Shown piece by piece: positions 40,133 through 52,132 of a DNA stretch of 64,000 nt. Within the stretch, counting starts at the first letter, position 1. Every line of letters begins with the position of its first letter. Origin of the DNA: Vitrella brassicaformis CCMP3155 (lineage: Eukaryota > Protista > Chromerida). The stretch covers positions 52,294 through 116,293 of the forward strand of contig CDMY01000333.1 of the NCBI GenBank assembly GCA_001179505.1, in the 5' to 3' direction. The position numbers and the translations under genes are program-made. The notes beneath the pieces are model-generated. The model made no database searches and was not told the origin of the DNA. It saw only the letters and a program-made list of their open reading frames with translations.

Positions 40133-42428
40133 ATGTCGGGCGGCCACAACAACCCGCCCTGGCGGCCCGACTGTCCTTCGGGTCAGTCCAGACGTCCGGG
40201 CGAAAACGCATCGGATGCGTTTGTCCCCGCTCCGAGCCATTATGGCTACTTCAACCCGAGCGCATCCGCCCACGGTGAGTAGGAGACCACGTGTAGGTTC
40301 GCTGCAATGTGCCCCTTTGCAATGTGATGTGTGCAGGCGTATATGTATATGCCCCCCCCGTCGCTGTACAGAGAGGCTCTCCGGCTGCGAGTCAGGCGCA
40401 AGGCACTGCGCAAGCCCAGCCACCCGCTGGCCCCCCCATCGGACCAGTGCCACAACAATCTGCCAGTGCTAGTGCCAGTGTTGGTGGAGCACCGCAGCCC
40501 ATCAGCACGGAAGACAGCCATGAGGAGCCGGAGGGCACCACGGGGGGCGGCAAGCGCAAGAGGGACACAGACGACGACCAGGAAGAGGAAGAGGCACAGG
40601 TACATGCAGAAGTCCGCCTGGTACACACGAGATTGGCGTGATGCGCACCTGGCTGCGTGTCAGGCTGAGGGGGATGATCTGCATGGCGTAGATGGGAATG
40701 CAGGAGGGCCAGACGGCCACGGTGGTGATGAAATTGATCAGGTAAGTCGAAAACGACGATCCGCTTGGCCAAGCGTGTGCATCCAGTTGTCTTGTGTGCT
40801 TCCGGTGGCTCTTGTGCTCAGGTTAGCGGCGGCCCTTTGAGTGAGCAGATGGGCGACGGCGGCAGGGGGGGCAGAATGGTACGCTACCGCAAAGCAGTCA
40901 ACCACGTCGGCATCCTGTGTTGCCCTCTGGCGGTGCAGACCAAGCACAAGGCGCAGAATCAGCGTCGCCGACGTCGGAAGACGGTGCCAGCGGGTGATCG
41001 CATGGTGATGCCCAAGCCATCGACAGCCGCACCCGAGCCGTTCCCCGTCAGTCAAGAGCCGCGCGAGATAGATCAGCCGCTGCCCATGTGGGGCGAGGAC
41101 GGCCAGCCCACCACCGTCAACATCCACCGTATGGCCGTCGTGTTTGTTCACCCAGGCAGACAGGCAGAAAGGCAGAAACTGATCGCTGTGTTGTGTTGTG
41201 GTGTGTGTGTGGGTCATGTGTGTCAGGTGAGGAGGCGCCCGTGTTTGGCGAGGAGGACTTCGCCGCTGTACGGACGTACAATCTGATCAAATCCATTCTC
41301 GGTGGGGACATCTCGCTCTTCGTAGGCATCCACACACCCACACGCACATCCACACGGACCTGCTCGAGTGCCGTCATTTGTGTATGTCGGTCAGGTCTAC
41401 ACGTTAGCCGATGACCCCGGTGTGTTGTGCCCGTACCTCCCCCGTGGTGAGGGCACGACGCCGCCAGTGTTTAGCAGTCTCATCACCTTCACCGTCGCCA
41501 CGCACCTGTGAGCCGCCCACCAACACACGCACATCAACACACGTCCATGCAGCCATCACATGTGTGACGATTTGGTGTCTGTGTGGGCAGGACGAAGCGC
41601 ATTGGCGGCAACAGAACGACTCGCACGTCGCTGGCAGAGTATGCGGCCATAACCATGACCACCAAACAGCCGGACGGCACTCTGCGGCACTTCGTAAGCC
41701 ATGCACACACACACACACACACACAGCGAGAGAGAGAGGGAGACACACACATGCCTCTGTGTACTTGGTCTGTGTCCTCACACACACAGACGTTTGAGAT
41801 TGGCTTCCACTTTGAGAAGGGGGGGCGGCACCACAGAGAGGTCTTGCAACGGTATCTCACCCTCAACGCCTTCCACCAGCTGGGCCAACTCCTGTCTGCT
41901 CACAACTACACGTGGGCAGCTAATACACACATAGCACCGTCGCGTCAACACAAGGAAAGTCGTCTGTCTGTCTGTCTGCGTGTGTGTGCGTGTGTGTGTT
42001 GACTGCACCCAGGTGGTTCACGCGCAAGGAGGTCAGCGGCCTGGCCACGCTGGAGAAGCCTCATCTGGTGCTGTACCTCTACTACAACGACGGCAGAGTG
42101 CCGACCGATTTGCCCGCCCCTTCCCCCGGCGAAAAAGGCGCCCTGCAGCCCGGCCAGAACTACTCGTCCAGCCTTGCGACGACGCGGGGCATCTCCCCCG
42201 TCAACATCCGCTGCCACGTAGACCTGCTGGTAACACACACTCAGCACGACAAACATGCCCGTCTGACCCCGGCTGTCCGGCTGTCTGTGTGTTGATGCCT
42301 ACCAGGCCAAGTTCATTGACGCCTATATGGGGGCGGGCAAGACGCTGTGGTCGGGTTGCAAGGTGCCGAATGATGCGGAAATGCTCAGGCGCAGGAAGGC
42401 CAAGGGGGTGAAGACTCAGACACACTGA
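40133..42428 (+). CDS. hypothetical multi-exon protein (NLS-like KRKR, acidic tract)
   Basis: MSGGHNNPPWRPD... exon chain with GT-AG junctions, ending ...RRRKAKGVKTQTH*. Confidence 0.55.
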
Positions 42429-42491
42429 GCGCTCGCAGCGTAGAGAGGCTCGGTGAAGCGGTTCAGAGACAGAGTGCTGAGACGGCTGTGG

Positions 42492-42623
42492 GGTTGTGTG
42501 TGTATATGTCTGCCGGGAGTGGTGGTGGGTGAGGACGGATGGGAATGGATTCTCTATGAATGTGATGTGCACAGACGAAGAAAAACATCCAAAGATCACA
42601 CTCACTAAACCGCCATGCGGCCG
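42492..42623 (+). repeat. dispersed non-coding repeat, copy 1 (copy 2 at 46048-46176)
   Basis: Shared blocks ggttgtgtgtgtatatgt..gggagtgg..gggtgag..gatgggaatgga..ctct..gaat..gatgtg.acagacgaagaa..cactca..aaaccgccatgcggccg. Confidence 0.75.
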
Positions 42624-42966
42624 AATCGCCTCTTCTCTCCTTTGTGTTGCCATTCGTACATTACTGATATTAAGATGGTTTCTCCGCGTTGTGGGTCATG
42701 ATATCGCCATGTACTGGTCGGCATACCACAGGGCATCACGGTCGCAGGCAAAAACGGCTCGTATCTATTAGTTCAATCCTCTTCCCCACTTCGCGAGATC
42801 AAATATACGAGCGACGCGCCAAACCCTCCCAATGAGCTTGTGGTCTTGTGTGGCATGTTGTGCTGGCCACATGTCACATGCGAGCAATCGCACGGGCGGT
42901 TTCTGACGAGCGATAGCGCGTAGCCATGATGGATGGCTCGGAGGCCAGACCTCAGCATCTGGGACT

Positions 42967-45507
42967 ATGACTAGCAAGGTGAGAGGGAAGCAACGGGGCG
43001 GAAGATGACCGGCGAGTGAAAACAGGTTTGCTGTTGTGGTGTGTGGTTCGGTGCAGTTGTGTGCCGACGCTGGCGTTGTGCGGGAGGGCCTTCAGCGGCT
43101 GCAGAGGGACGCACAGCTGAGCTGCGAGAAGTGCCAGCGTGACGGCAATGCCTTTGCTGATGCATTCCTTACGGCTGCGTCCGCTCACGCGTCAGTTGCC
43201 GAGTCCTCCAGTAGTGCGATGGTGGATGCATTCACGAGAGCAGCGGCGTCATTCCCCCATCAGCCACCGAATGACATCGGTGCGTCTGCTACCGCCCCTG
43301 CAGCTGCGGCCGTCGAAGCGTCACCTGAACAGCCTCCGAATGCCGACGTATGGTGGACTGAAGAGGGATGAGTGCAGGGCAGTGTATGGCATTTGCGTGT
43401 TGTTCCTGTGCTGCTGGCCGGTGCAGAGTAGTATGGTAGAGGAGAGGGTGCTGTCGTTTCGTCTGACCTCTACGTCAGGGAAACCGCCGACCAACGATGG
43501 ACCGGTGAGAGCGAGCATACACGTCGCGTAACCCAAGCACATCTGTGCACACTCGGCTGTGTGTTCAGGCCCGCCTTCGCCTCTCCCCCGATGAGCTGGC
43601 GGGTGTGTTCGGCTTCTACCAACCATGGGAGCTGGCCCGAGTCGCTCCGAAGATCGGCAAGATGGTCTTCGACGGCGCGGCCAAGGGATACACCCACTTG
43701 ACCATCGACGGGTCAGACAAGGGCGGCGTGCGCCAGCTGCGGGAGCGGCTCCCGCTGGAGCTGGCATACCGGTGGGGGCAGCGGGCCACCAACCACACCC
43801 ACCTGCACGTCATATACCCGTGCTGGGCCAGCTCCTGGTGTCGTGGGATTTGGGTGGCGATCCTCGAGGGCAATGCGGCGGCCAGGAAGGCCATGAGGGA
43901 GAGGAGGGAGGAAGGGCAGGCCGAGGGCGGAGCGTCGGCAGCAGCAGCGGCGTCAAGGCAGGACAGCCCATCCGCCGCCTCGTCCATCAAGGTCCTCAGC
44001 TTCGAGAAGGACAGCGACGATGGGGTGCTGTATCATGTGGGCGACGTCGTCTCTGCTGAACCCCTGTCTCCCTCCCCCTCGCCCGTCAACCTGTCGGCCC
44101 TCGAGGAGGTGCACGCCATGCCCTACGACTGTGCGGCCGTGCGTACGGACGATCGCGTGTGGCACACGCCGTCGGTGCGGGTCATGACATTCAAGGCGAA
44201 CTCGGCTTTGGACGAACGGAGGGAGTTGAAGGAGTGGATGACGTCATGCGAACATCTGGAGACATTCGATGGCGGCCTGAGGCCCTACGATAAGGTGGAC
44301 CTGCTGCGTGTGCCGCCAGTCGGCACTTCCCTTGCCCGCCTGCGATCCATCGGCACCCTCAATGCGGGGGTGCTCATTGACGATGAGCTGGCCGACCTGC
44401 AGGAGGCCCTCGTGGAGCGGGGATGCCGCAAGTCCCTCAGCGAGCTGCCCATCGTGGCCGAGTGGGGGGTCCCTTGCAAGTGGGTATTGTGTGAGCTGGC
44501 ACGGCTATCGGAGGCAGTGCTGCAGCCACAGGCCCTCGACAAGCCGCAGGTCGTCCGGGTGACAGGTCCCGAGAATCTGATGGGGCTGGAGCTCATCGAG
44601 TGGATGGCCGATGAAAGCTCTCAGGTACCAAACACACCATGGACGGCTGCACATGTATCCAATCACAACGTCATCGTTGTCTCCGATGTGGTCTCTGTGC
44701 AGGTCCAGAAGCTCGTTCGTGAGTTTGCCGCTGTCGCTGGTGTAGTCGTGTACAAGAATGAGCTCACCGACCCCAACGCCGCCGCAGACACCGTATATTT
44801 CCCCAGCGCCACCATTTTCCGCTGTCCACCACAGCACTTGTCGGCAGAGGTGGTCGACGGCCTGGCCAGGACGGTCGCCAACAGCATGCCCCAGTGCCGC
44901 ACCATCGAATTGGTGGACATAGGGACGCACTCTGACGCAGCGAAGAATGCTGTGGTGTTCCTGAGTGCACTCAAGAGGCACATGTCCACACGGGAGGGAC
45001 AGGGGGGCGGCGAGGGGGGCGGTAGCAGCAGCAGCGAGGGGGAGGGCGAGAGGCGCCTGTCGGTGAGGATCCTGGTGTCGGCGGGTGACATCTTAGATCA
45101 TAGCCGGCCGCTGCAGGAGTGGGCCAGCCACGACCTGCCGGTCATCGACGAGGTCCACATCGATGTGGAAGGTAAGCAGGACCGACTGAGCAATCCCTCA
45201 CGTCACATCTGGCTGTCTGTGTTGGTCTGGGTATGCAGGCGACTTGCCAGCTGGCGCGACGGAGGAGGCTTTTAACGGATCGCTTATGGCCTCGCTCACT
45301 GGCCTCAGCAGGGCCGGCGTGAGCAAGGCGTCCGCGGCGCTTTGGCAACATCCTATGCGTGAGTTCTGCATCTGGGGGAGGCTGCAGTTCAACATGCAGA
45401 TGTTCAACATGCAGCCAGGCGTGCGGTGGCTGTTCAACCGGGAGCCAGCGCTGGCGGCGCTCATCACCATGCGCGGGAACGCCATCACCGTCGCCAGACG
45501 CACATGA
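42967..45507 (+). CDS. member of a lineage-expanded Vitrella-type hypothetical family (degenerate F-box/LRR-like)
   Basis: Long exon 43569-45171 (LSPDELAGVFGFYQPWEL...LPLELAYRWGQRATN...LSALEEV...LARLRSIG...GCRKSLSEL) resembles the highly expanded Vitrella families as I recall them. Last exon ends ...TVARRT*. Confidence 0.55.
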
Positions 45508-45734
45508 TAGCATCACAGCATGTAAGGAGTGGAATTGGCTTGGCACACAGAAAGTGCACCTGTGCGCATTGACTTTGGTCGGCTTGTGTGTGTGGGTGAG
45601 TGTGTGTGGCTAGGTAGCTGTAGATATCGACAGCCAGCTCCTCGGCTGATGGTTGGAGTGTTGGTGGCTGTGGGCGGGGCGGAGGGACACACAGCCGGTC
45701 GGATCTAGCTGTTGATTGATTGATGGATAAAGCG

Positions 45735-46034
45735 NNNNNNNNNNNNNNNNNNNNNNNNNNNNNNNNNNNNNNNNNNNNNNNNNNNNNNNNNNNNNNNNNN
45801 NNNNNNNNNNNNNNNNNNNNNNNNNNNNNNNNNNNNNNNNNNNNNNNNNNNNNNNNNNNNNNNNNNNNNNNNNNNNNNNNNNNNNNNNNNNNNNNNNNNN
45901 NNNNNNNNNNNNNNNNNNNNNNNNNNNNNNNNNNNNNNNNNNNNNNNNNNNNNNNNNNNNNNNNNNNNNNNNNNNNNNNNNNNNNNNNNNNNNNNNNNNN
46001 NNNNNNNNNNNNNNNNNNNNNNNNNNNNNNNNNN
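45735..46034. other. assembly gap (N run)
   Basis: About 300 N. Confidence 0.99.
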
Positions 46035-46719
46035 GGGGGGACACACTGGTTGTGTGTGTATATGTTTGCTGGGAGTGGGAGTGGCGGTGGGTGAGACCAG
46101 ATCGATGGGAATGGACTCTCCTGTGAATGGGATGTGGACAGACGAAGAATGCACTCAACAAACCGCCATGCGGCCGTTCACAGCTGACCATGGATATCTT
46201 CTTAATGCTACGACTGTCGAATCGCCAGGAGCATGGAGTCAATAGAAGCACATCCGCCTCACACAGAAGTGGGCAGTGAGTGAGCCAGGTTGGATGGTGT
46301 CGGTTTTCCTTGTGTGGTGCCCATTGTACAGCTGTGATGGGGCGGGTGCCTTGTCATGTGGGCGGATGGATGGATGGATGGATGGATGGATGGACGCCAG
46401 TGGACAGAGGGCGGTCTGGTGGTGCCATCCATGTATGGACTGAAGCTCTGTGTGTGTCTTGCAATGAGACACATGTCCAGCTTCTTGTCGACAAGCGCCA
46501 GCTTTTTGGGTAGGCGATTCCCTGGGATGGTCAAGCAACATGCAGTGATGATGCGGCCATGGTCCTGCCTTGTCGTGCCTGATGGCCGTCTCTCTTTCCC
46601 AACGGAGTCCTCCTCAACAGATCAGTTCATGTGTGTAGTAGCTATAGTGTGGATCATGTGGTGTGGTGCGCTTATGTTTGGTGATGCGAGGCCTGCACAC
46701 GAAATTATAAGCCCGTCGC

Positions 46720-48868
46720 GGAGTGTTCATGCCTCCTCAAGCGGGTTGAGCCCGGCGAGAAAAACGAAATCGGAGACGGAGACGGATATCTTTAACTTCA
46801 ACTAAGTTTTAGATCCATTTCAGGCCACCGTGCTTCCCCGCCTCGTGGCGAGTGTGGTGGCCTGTGTGTGTGATGTCTGTTGGCTCAGGTCTATCTCGAT
46901 GTGTTCTCCAACCGAGAGAAGATCGTCAATTTCATCGACACCGTCGCACACTCCCACGAGATCCAGCTCAGCCAGGAGTTCCGCCACGTGCTCATCTCAG
47001 CAATGGACCCTGAGCCCTCGAGCAGGCCATCCGTGTCTGAGGTGCGACAAACGACCCCATGCAAGTCGATGCATCTCGCTTGTCCCCTGTCTGTCAATGC
47101 AGCTCAAGGCGATGCGCTTCTTCCAGCTGCATTGGGAGCCGTTCAAGGACCAGGGGCCTCCGGTGGGCTCCCAGGTCTGGACGGTCTGCCGCCTGCCCGA
47201 CCCCGACCCTCGCCGCCCCGGCTGGCCGCCTCGCATCGCTCGACCTCACCGAGCAGAGGGCACCACCAGCACCGGTAGCGGCACCACCACCATCACCACC
47301 ACCACCACGGCAGCAGCAGGAGGAGGGGGCAGCACACAGACGAGACCACGCAACGACCGCAGCAGCGCTATGCCGTAAGCAGAGAGACAGCCATCATTCC
47401 CTTGTGCACGTTCATGGAGCTGTCTGTTTGCTGTGTGTTGTGTGCTGTGTGTTGTGTGTCAGGGGCGGTGGATTGAATCCATCCGGACCCGTGGACCGCA
47501 AGGCCCTCATACCACCTCCCGACACCAGCGACCGTGCCGCCCGTCCCCCAGCCTCACCATCACCAGCACCAGTACCGCTAGCAGCAGCAGCAGCGGCAGC
47601 AGGAGGAGGGCGCACACAGAGCATCGCACTCATTAATCGCAACACCACTGATAGGTAAGCTCAGAGGCGCACGCAACTCACACATTGCCACCGATTGTCG
47701 CTTCTCGCTTCTCTTTCTGTGTTGATCAGCGGCAGCGTGCACATGGGCATCTGCCCGCGTAGGGTGCTCATGTTCAGGGCATCCCTACTCCACGGTGACT
47801 TCTACAAGCCGAGCCTGAGTGGGTTCAGATATGCATTAGCACCGTGGATGGCGGGTGGTGTGGAGGATGTGTCGTGTTGGTGTGCTGTGTTGTGTCGTGT
47901 GTGCAGGGGACGGTTTGGAGAGACCGCAGGGCTCCCGCCTGAGGTGCTGACGGGAAAGCCGTACGGGCAGGGCGTCGACGTCTTCTCCGGAGGTGAGCGG
48001 TTAATGAACACGACACGACAGCTGCAGACAGTACACGGCCGAGAGCCACACGCGTTTATTCGTCTATGGGTTTCTCTGTTCTTTGTCTTGTTCAGTGGCT
48101 TCACACGCATGGGGTCTGCCCAGCCCGCATCCTCATGTTCAAGGCACCCCTGCCTGACGGTGCTAGGGCCTCCACTACGCCGTGCTAGGGCGCTTCAAGT
48201 CGGCAGAGAGATAGAAGCCAGCCATGTGGATGGCGGATGGTGGATGTGTCGTGTCGTGTGGTTTTGTGTGTGGTGTTGTGCAAGGTCGCCATGGAGAAGT
48301 ATGCTTCATGCCACCCGAGGTGCTCACCGGCAACTCATATGAGGCCGATGCGGACGTCTTTGCTGCTGGTGAGCGGTGAATGGACAACACAACACCACAC
48401 GACAGCCGCAGACAAACACACGTGGGTGCCCTCTCGCTCGGTGCAGGGGCCATAACGTTTGGTTTGAAGTTCGGCCAGACACCCTATGAGATGCTCGGCG
48501 AGCGGGTCAGCACATACACGCATTCACACCGAGAGCTGGATACCCACGCAAAGCATCCCTCTCTCCCTTCTCTCCCTCTCAGGCCTTCATCGAGGTGTTC
48601 TCGGACGTGCAGAAGTCGGCCAAGTTCATCGACCACGTCGCCCACCACTACAGCACCAACATGCAGGTGCCGGTGGACGTCGACCTGCTCAACATCATGA
48701 AAGATATGCTGCATCCAGTGCCCTGCCAGAGACCGTCGCCTGAAGAGGTATGTGGGCAAACGAATGGCTATACGTTGCAGGTGTGTATGCGTCCCTTCCT
48801 CCCTGCGTGTGTGAATGCAGCTTCTCCGCCGGACGTTTTTCCAAGTGATGCCCGAGCAGCTGAATTGA
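46720..48868 (+). pseudogene. degenerate tandem protein-kinase-like (pseudokinase) gene, probably decaying
   Basis: Two homologous kinase C-lobe ends: VYLDVFSNREKIVNFID...AMDPEPSSRPSVSE|LKAMRFFQ and AFIEVFSDVQKSAKFID...MLHPVPCQRPSPEE|LLRRTFFQ. Catalytic loop reads HMGICP; then PPEVLTGKPYGQGVDVF. A duplicated exon pair carries frameshifts. Confidence 0.5.
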
Positions 48869-49213
48869 CGTTTGTTGGTCGATCAGCAGCTGAATTGAGG
48901 TGAGCTGTATTGTGTCGTGGCCTGGGGCGAGCGACAGATATGAAATCGGACAGATGCCGTTGCTGATGGGGGAAGACTAGAGGTGGTGGGGCCGCCACAC
49001 AACCGCCGGCCATCATCGCCGCCTACATTTTATATCCGTCTGTACGATTTCTGGTTGCATTGCGTGTTCCGTTTTGTCCCAGAAAGTTGCCGGAAAGCAA
49101 TGACATCTTTCGGTGGGAATGTGTGTCAACCGCTCTCTGATAAACGAATGTCGCTTCAACTCCCTGAACCTCTTATCAAGACGCCCGTTTCTCCCCTCCC
49201 CTCCCCCCTCCCC

Positions 49214-50153
49214 TCAGCACCGAAATGGGCATTGGCGAACCACATGGCCGCGGTCGCCAATGTCCTCGTCGTCGTCCCTCCACCGGCCGTGTGGGGGTGG
49301 CCGCGGAGCAGTGGGTGTCGGGGCGGATGGAGCGCTGGTGGCCTGTGTTGTTGCCCAGCCCATCTTCTGCAGCATCCAAAATGCGCAGAGACATCCATAT
49401 CGCAGACAGAACCGGGCGATGGATGTGTGAGATGGACGGATGAATTGGATGTTCTCAGTTTGAGGTGCGTACCTGGAAATAGAAGGCCTTGAAGTCCGCG
49501 ATGTTTTTGGCGTGATAGGCCTCAAACTCACGCCGGTTGGCCAGCTGTAAGCCACACATGGAGAGAGACATGACCACTCTCTGCTGACCCAGCTCATGAC
49601 ATAAGACGAGGCTCACCCCCGCTGGCGAATTCAGAAACTCCTGAAACGTGTCGTACCCGTAGTAGGGGCCGCACCGCTGGAAAGAGCAAGCAAGACACAC
49701 TTCCTTCAGCTCGTGTGGGAATCGCATGACCTTCCTCTGTCTTGCTCACCCTGTTGTCATAGGCTGCCCTTTGCGAAGGGTCGGTGAGGACCTCGTGGGC
49801 CTCGTGGATGGCCTGGAAGGCCTCTTTGTCCCCGCCCTTGTCAGGGTGGCTCGTCTGCACACACACAGCAAAAGACCAAGACAACGGGCAAGTGCGGTGT
49901 AGTGCTGGTGAGGTTGTCTGGGCTGTGTCAGTGCAGATCGGTCCGGCACTCTCTGCCTGGCGTCTCCTGTGCCTACGCTGCCCCCCTGTCTGCCCGCCTC
50001 TCCTCCACTCCTTCCCCAAAGTGACTTCACACTCACCAGGGCGTGGCGACGGAACGCCGTCTTGATCTCGTGGTGAGTGGCGGTTGGCGGCACACCCAAC
50101 CGGGCATAAAGACCCCGAGGGTCTCGCGCATTGGCGTTGCTCACCCCAAACAT
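49214..50153 (-). CDS. DnaJ (J-domain, type III) protein
   Basis: LYARLGVPPTATHHEIKTAFRRHAL|TSHPDKGGDKEAFQAIHEAHEVLTDPSQRAAYD, with the HPD motif. Confidence 0.85.
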
Positions 50154-50224
50154 CCTTTTCGTAACTTTGAGACGCAGTCTCAGCCCCCACCACCAATTGT
50201 AAATGTGAGGCGGTGACATATGCG
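50154..50224. promoter_or_regulatory. 71-bp bidirectional promoter region with TGAGAC-gca-GTCTCA inverted repeat
   Basis: The DnaJ ATG (50153, -) and TMEM185-like ATG (50225, +) face away from each other; palindrome at 50168-50182. Confidence 0.45.
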
Positions 50225-51846
50225 ATGCATAGTTTCAGAGGCCAAGATGCCGGGTTGCCTCTGCAGGCATCTGGTTCCCAACAGTATCCCTTCTATGGCG
50301 GCCCCGCAGCGTCCATCCAGACATCCGCCCGCGGACAACTAGATGCGTCCTTCCTGCCGCGGCAAGGGCCGCCATCAGGCAGATATCCCGCCTATCCCCA
50401 CCACCACGAAGGCTCCCACGCACCCATCGGCGAATCGGGCTACCCACGGCTGGCGGATCTGTCGCCCGGCTCACCCGTTTCGCCGGTACACACACAGATC
50501 TGGCACACAAGAAGTCAAGAAGCGAGTGAGTGGGTGTGTGGTTCTTTCCCTGTGCACTTTCAGTATCCGCAGTATGTGCATCGCCCGCTGGTTCGCGGCA
50601 CATCGGCGCCTGTCGAGCGAGCACCTGTCGGCGTTGACTTCCCTTACCGCACGTACGGCTACCAAGGGCCGCCCGGCCCGCCACCAGGGCTCGGGGCGCA
50701 CCCGCCCACCCCGCCTTGGCTCAAGGTGCGGTCTGGATTCGACATGACCAAAGGTATGCATGGAACAGAGGCACATTCTCCTGGCAATGCGCTTGTCTGT
50801 ATGGTGTATGGTCGACGTGTTCTCTGTGTGCAGCGTATGTGTTGGCGATCGTAGTGTGCCTCTTCGCGTTCTCCGCCCTTGTGGCCTTGCGTCTGGAGGG
50901 CGGCAAGCCATCCTCATGGACCGACTACGTGCCGGCCTTCTTGTCGGTGGTGCCCATTCTCTGTCTGGTGGCGGAGATGTGGCTGTACCAGTCCGCCATG
51001 GGCACACACGAGGAGATGATACTCTACGTCTATCAGTCGGGCGGCCTGCTGGTTACCGCCCTGTGTCTGCTGGCGTTCTTCGCCTTCATAGGCCTCAGAA
51101 ACACCGGGGCGGTCGACTGGGGCTGGTCGTTCGTGCTGTCGCCCATGTGGGCGCTGCTCACGGCGGGATACATGACGGCCAGCCTGCGTCTAGCCAAGTT
51201 CATAGAGAAGCGGATGGTGGACATATTCTGGCAGATGTTTGTGTGCCTCTCACTCTCATCGCTCAGCGTCCTTCTCATAGGCATAAAAATGGTGGGCGAG
51301 AGCCACCCATCCACCACATGAAGCCCCACGTCATTCTTCTCTCTCTGTGCTTCTGGGTGTGTGTTTCAGGACGGAGTTGATGTGTTGGCCGGCACGCATT
51401 GGGGGTGGATCCTCGCGCCACTGCTGGTGGCGTACTTGATCGTAGCGACGTCGCTGGTGCCGTTGCAGCCCAAGGACCCCGGCAGGGGCATGGACATCGT
51501 GGCACGCATCGCAATACTCGCCGCACTCGTAATCTTCATCGGCAAGTAAGGGCCACATCCACTCCCAGCACCCCGCAGAGACACAGAGGCACCGGAGGCA
51601 GAGAATGACTCACTTGTGTGGATGTGCAGGTTGAATGGGTGGGTGGCACTCTCCTGGCTGATTATCTTCGCCCCCCTCTGGCTGTCGTTCGTGCTAGTGG
51701 TACGTGACGCAAAGGCATCCATGGATCCACCGCACAACACGATGGCCAATGTCATCGGTGTGGTGTGTGCATGGGCAGATTGCGATTTTGGCCGTGGATA
51801 TCTCGAGGACGGCGGCCGGCAGCAAGGCCCGGCCCCCTACGATTAG
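50225..51846 (+). CDS. TMEM185/TMEM60 (Fragile-X-F transmembrane)-like multipass protein with Pro/Tyr-rich N-terminus
   Basis: Repeated units LRLEGG..SWTDYVPAF, VDWGWSFVLSPMW, THWGWILAPL, LSWLIIFAPLW. Confidence 0.65.
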
Positions 51847-52132
51847 ATTGCGGCCGCCATACGTTGACTGATGGACATGTGGCGATGGATTAGGTAGACA
51901 ACGAAGGCATGGCTAGATGGATGGACGGCTGCGACGGATGGACAGTTGGACAGACAGATGTGGCGATTTGTCGATGGGTGGTGGGGTGGGTGCATAGGCG
52001 TGCGACCTAAGGACATCGTGAGTGTTGATATTAGAAAAAAAGAAGTGGTCCATCCATCCATCCACCGACTACTGCAGCAGCATGCACATCCAGCAAGGGA
52101 CACGTCAGGCAGCCCTTCACCAAAAACACGCC

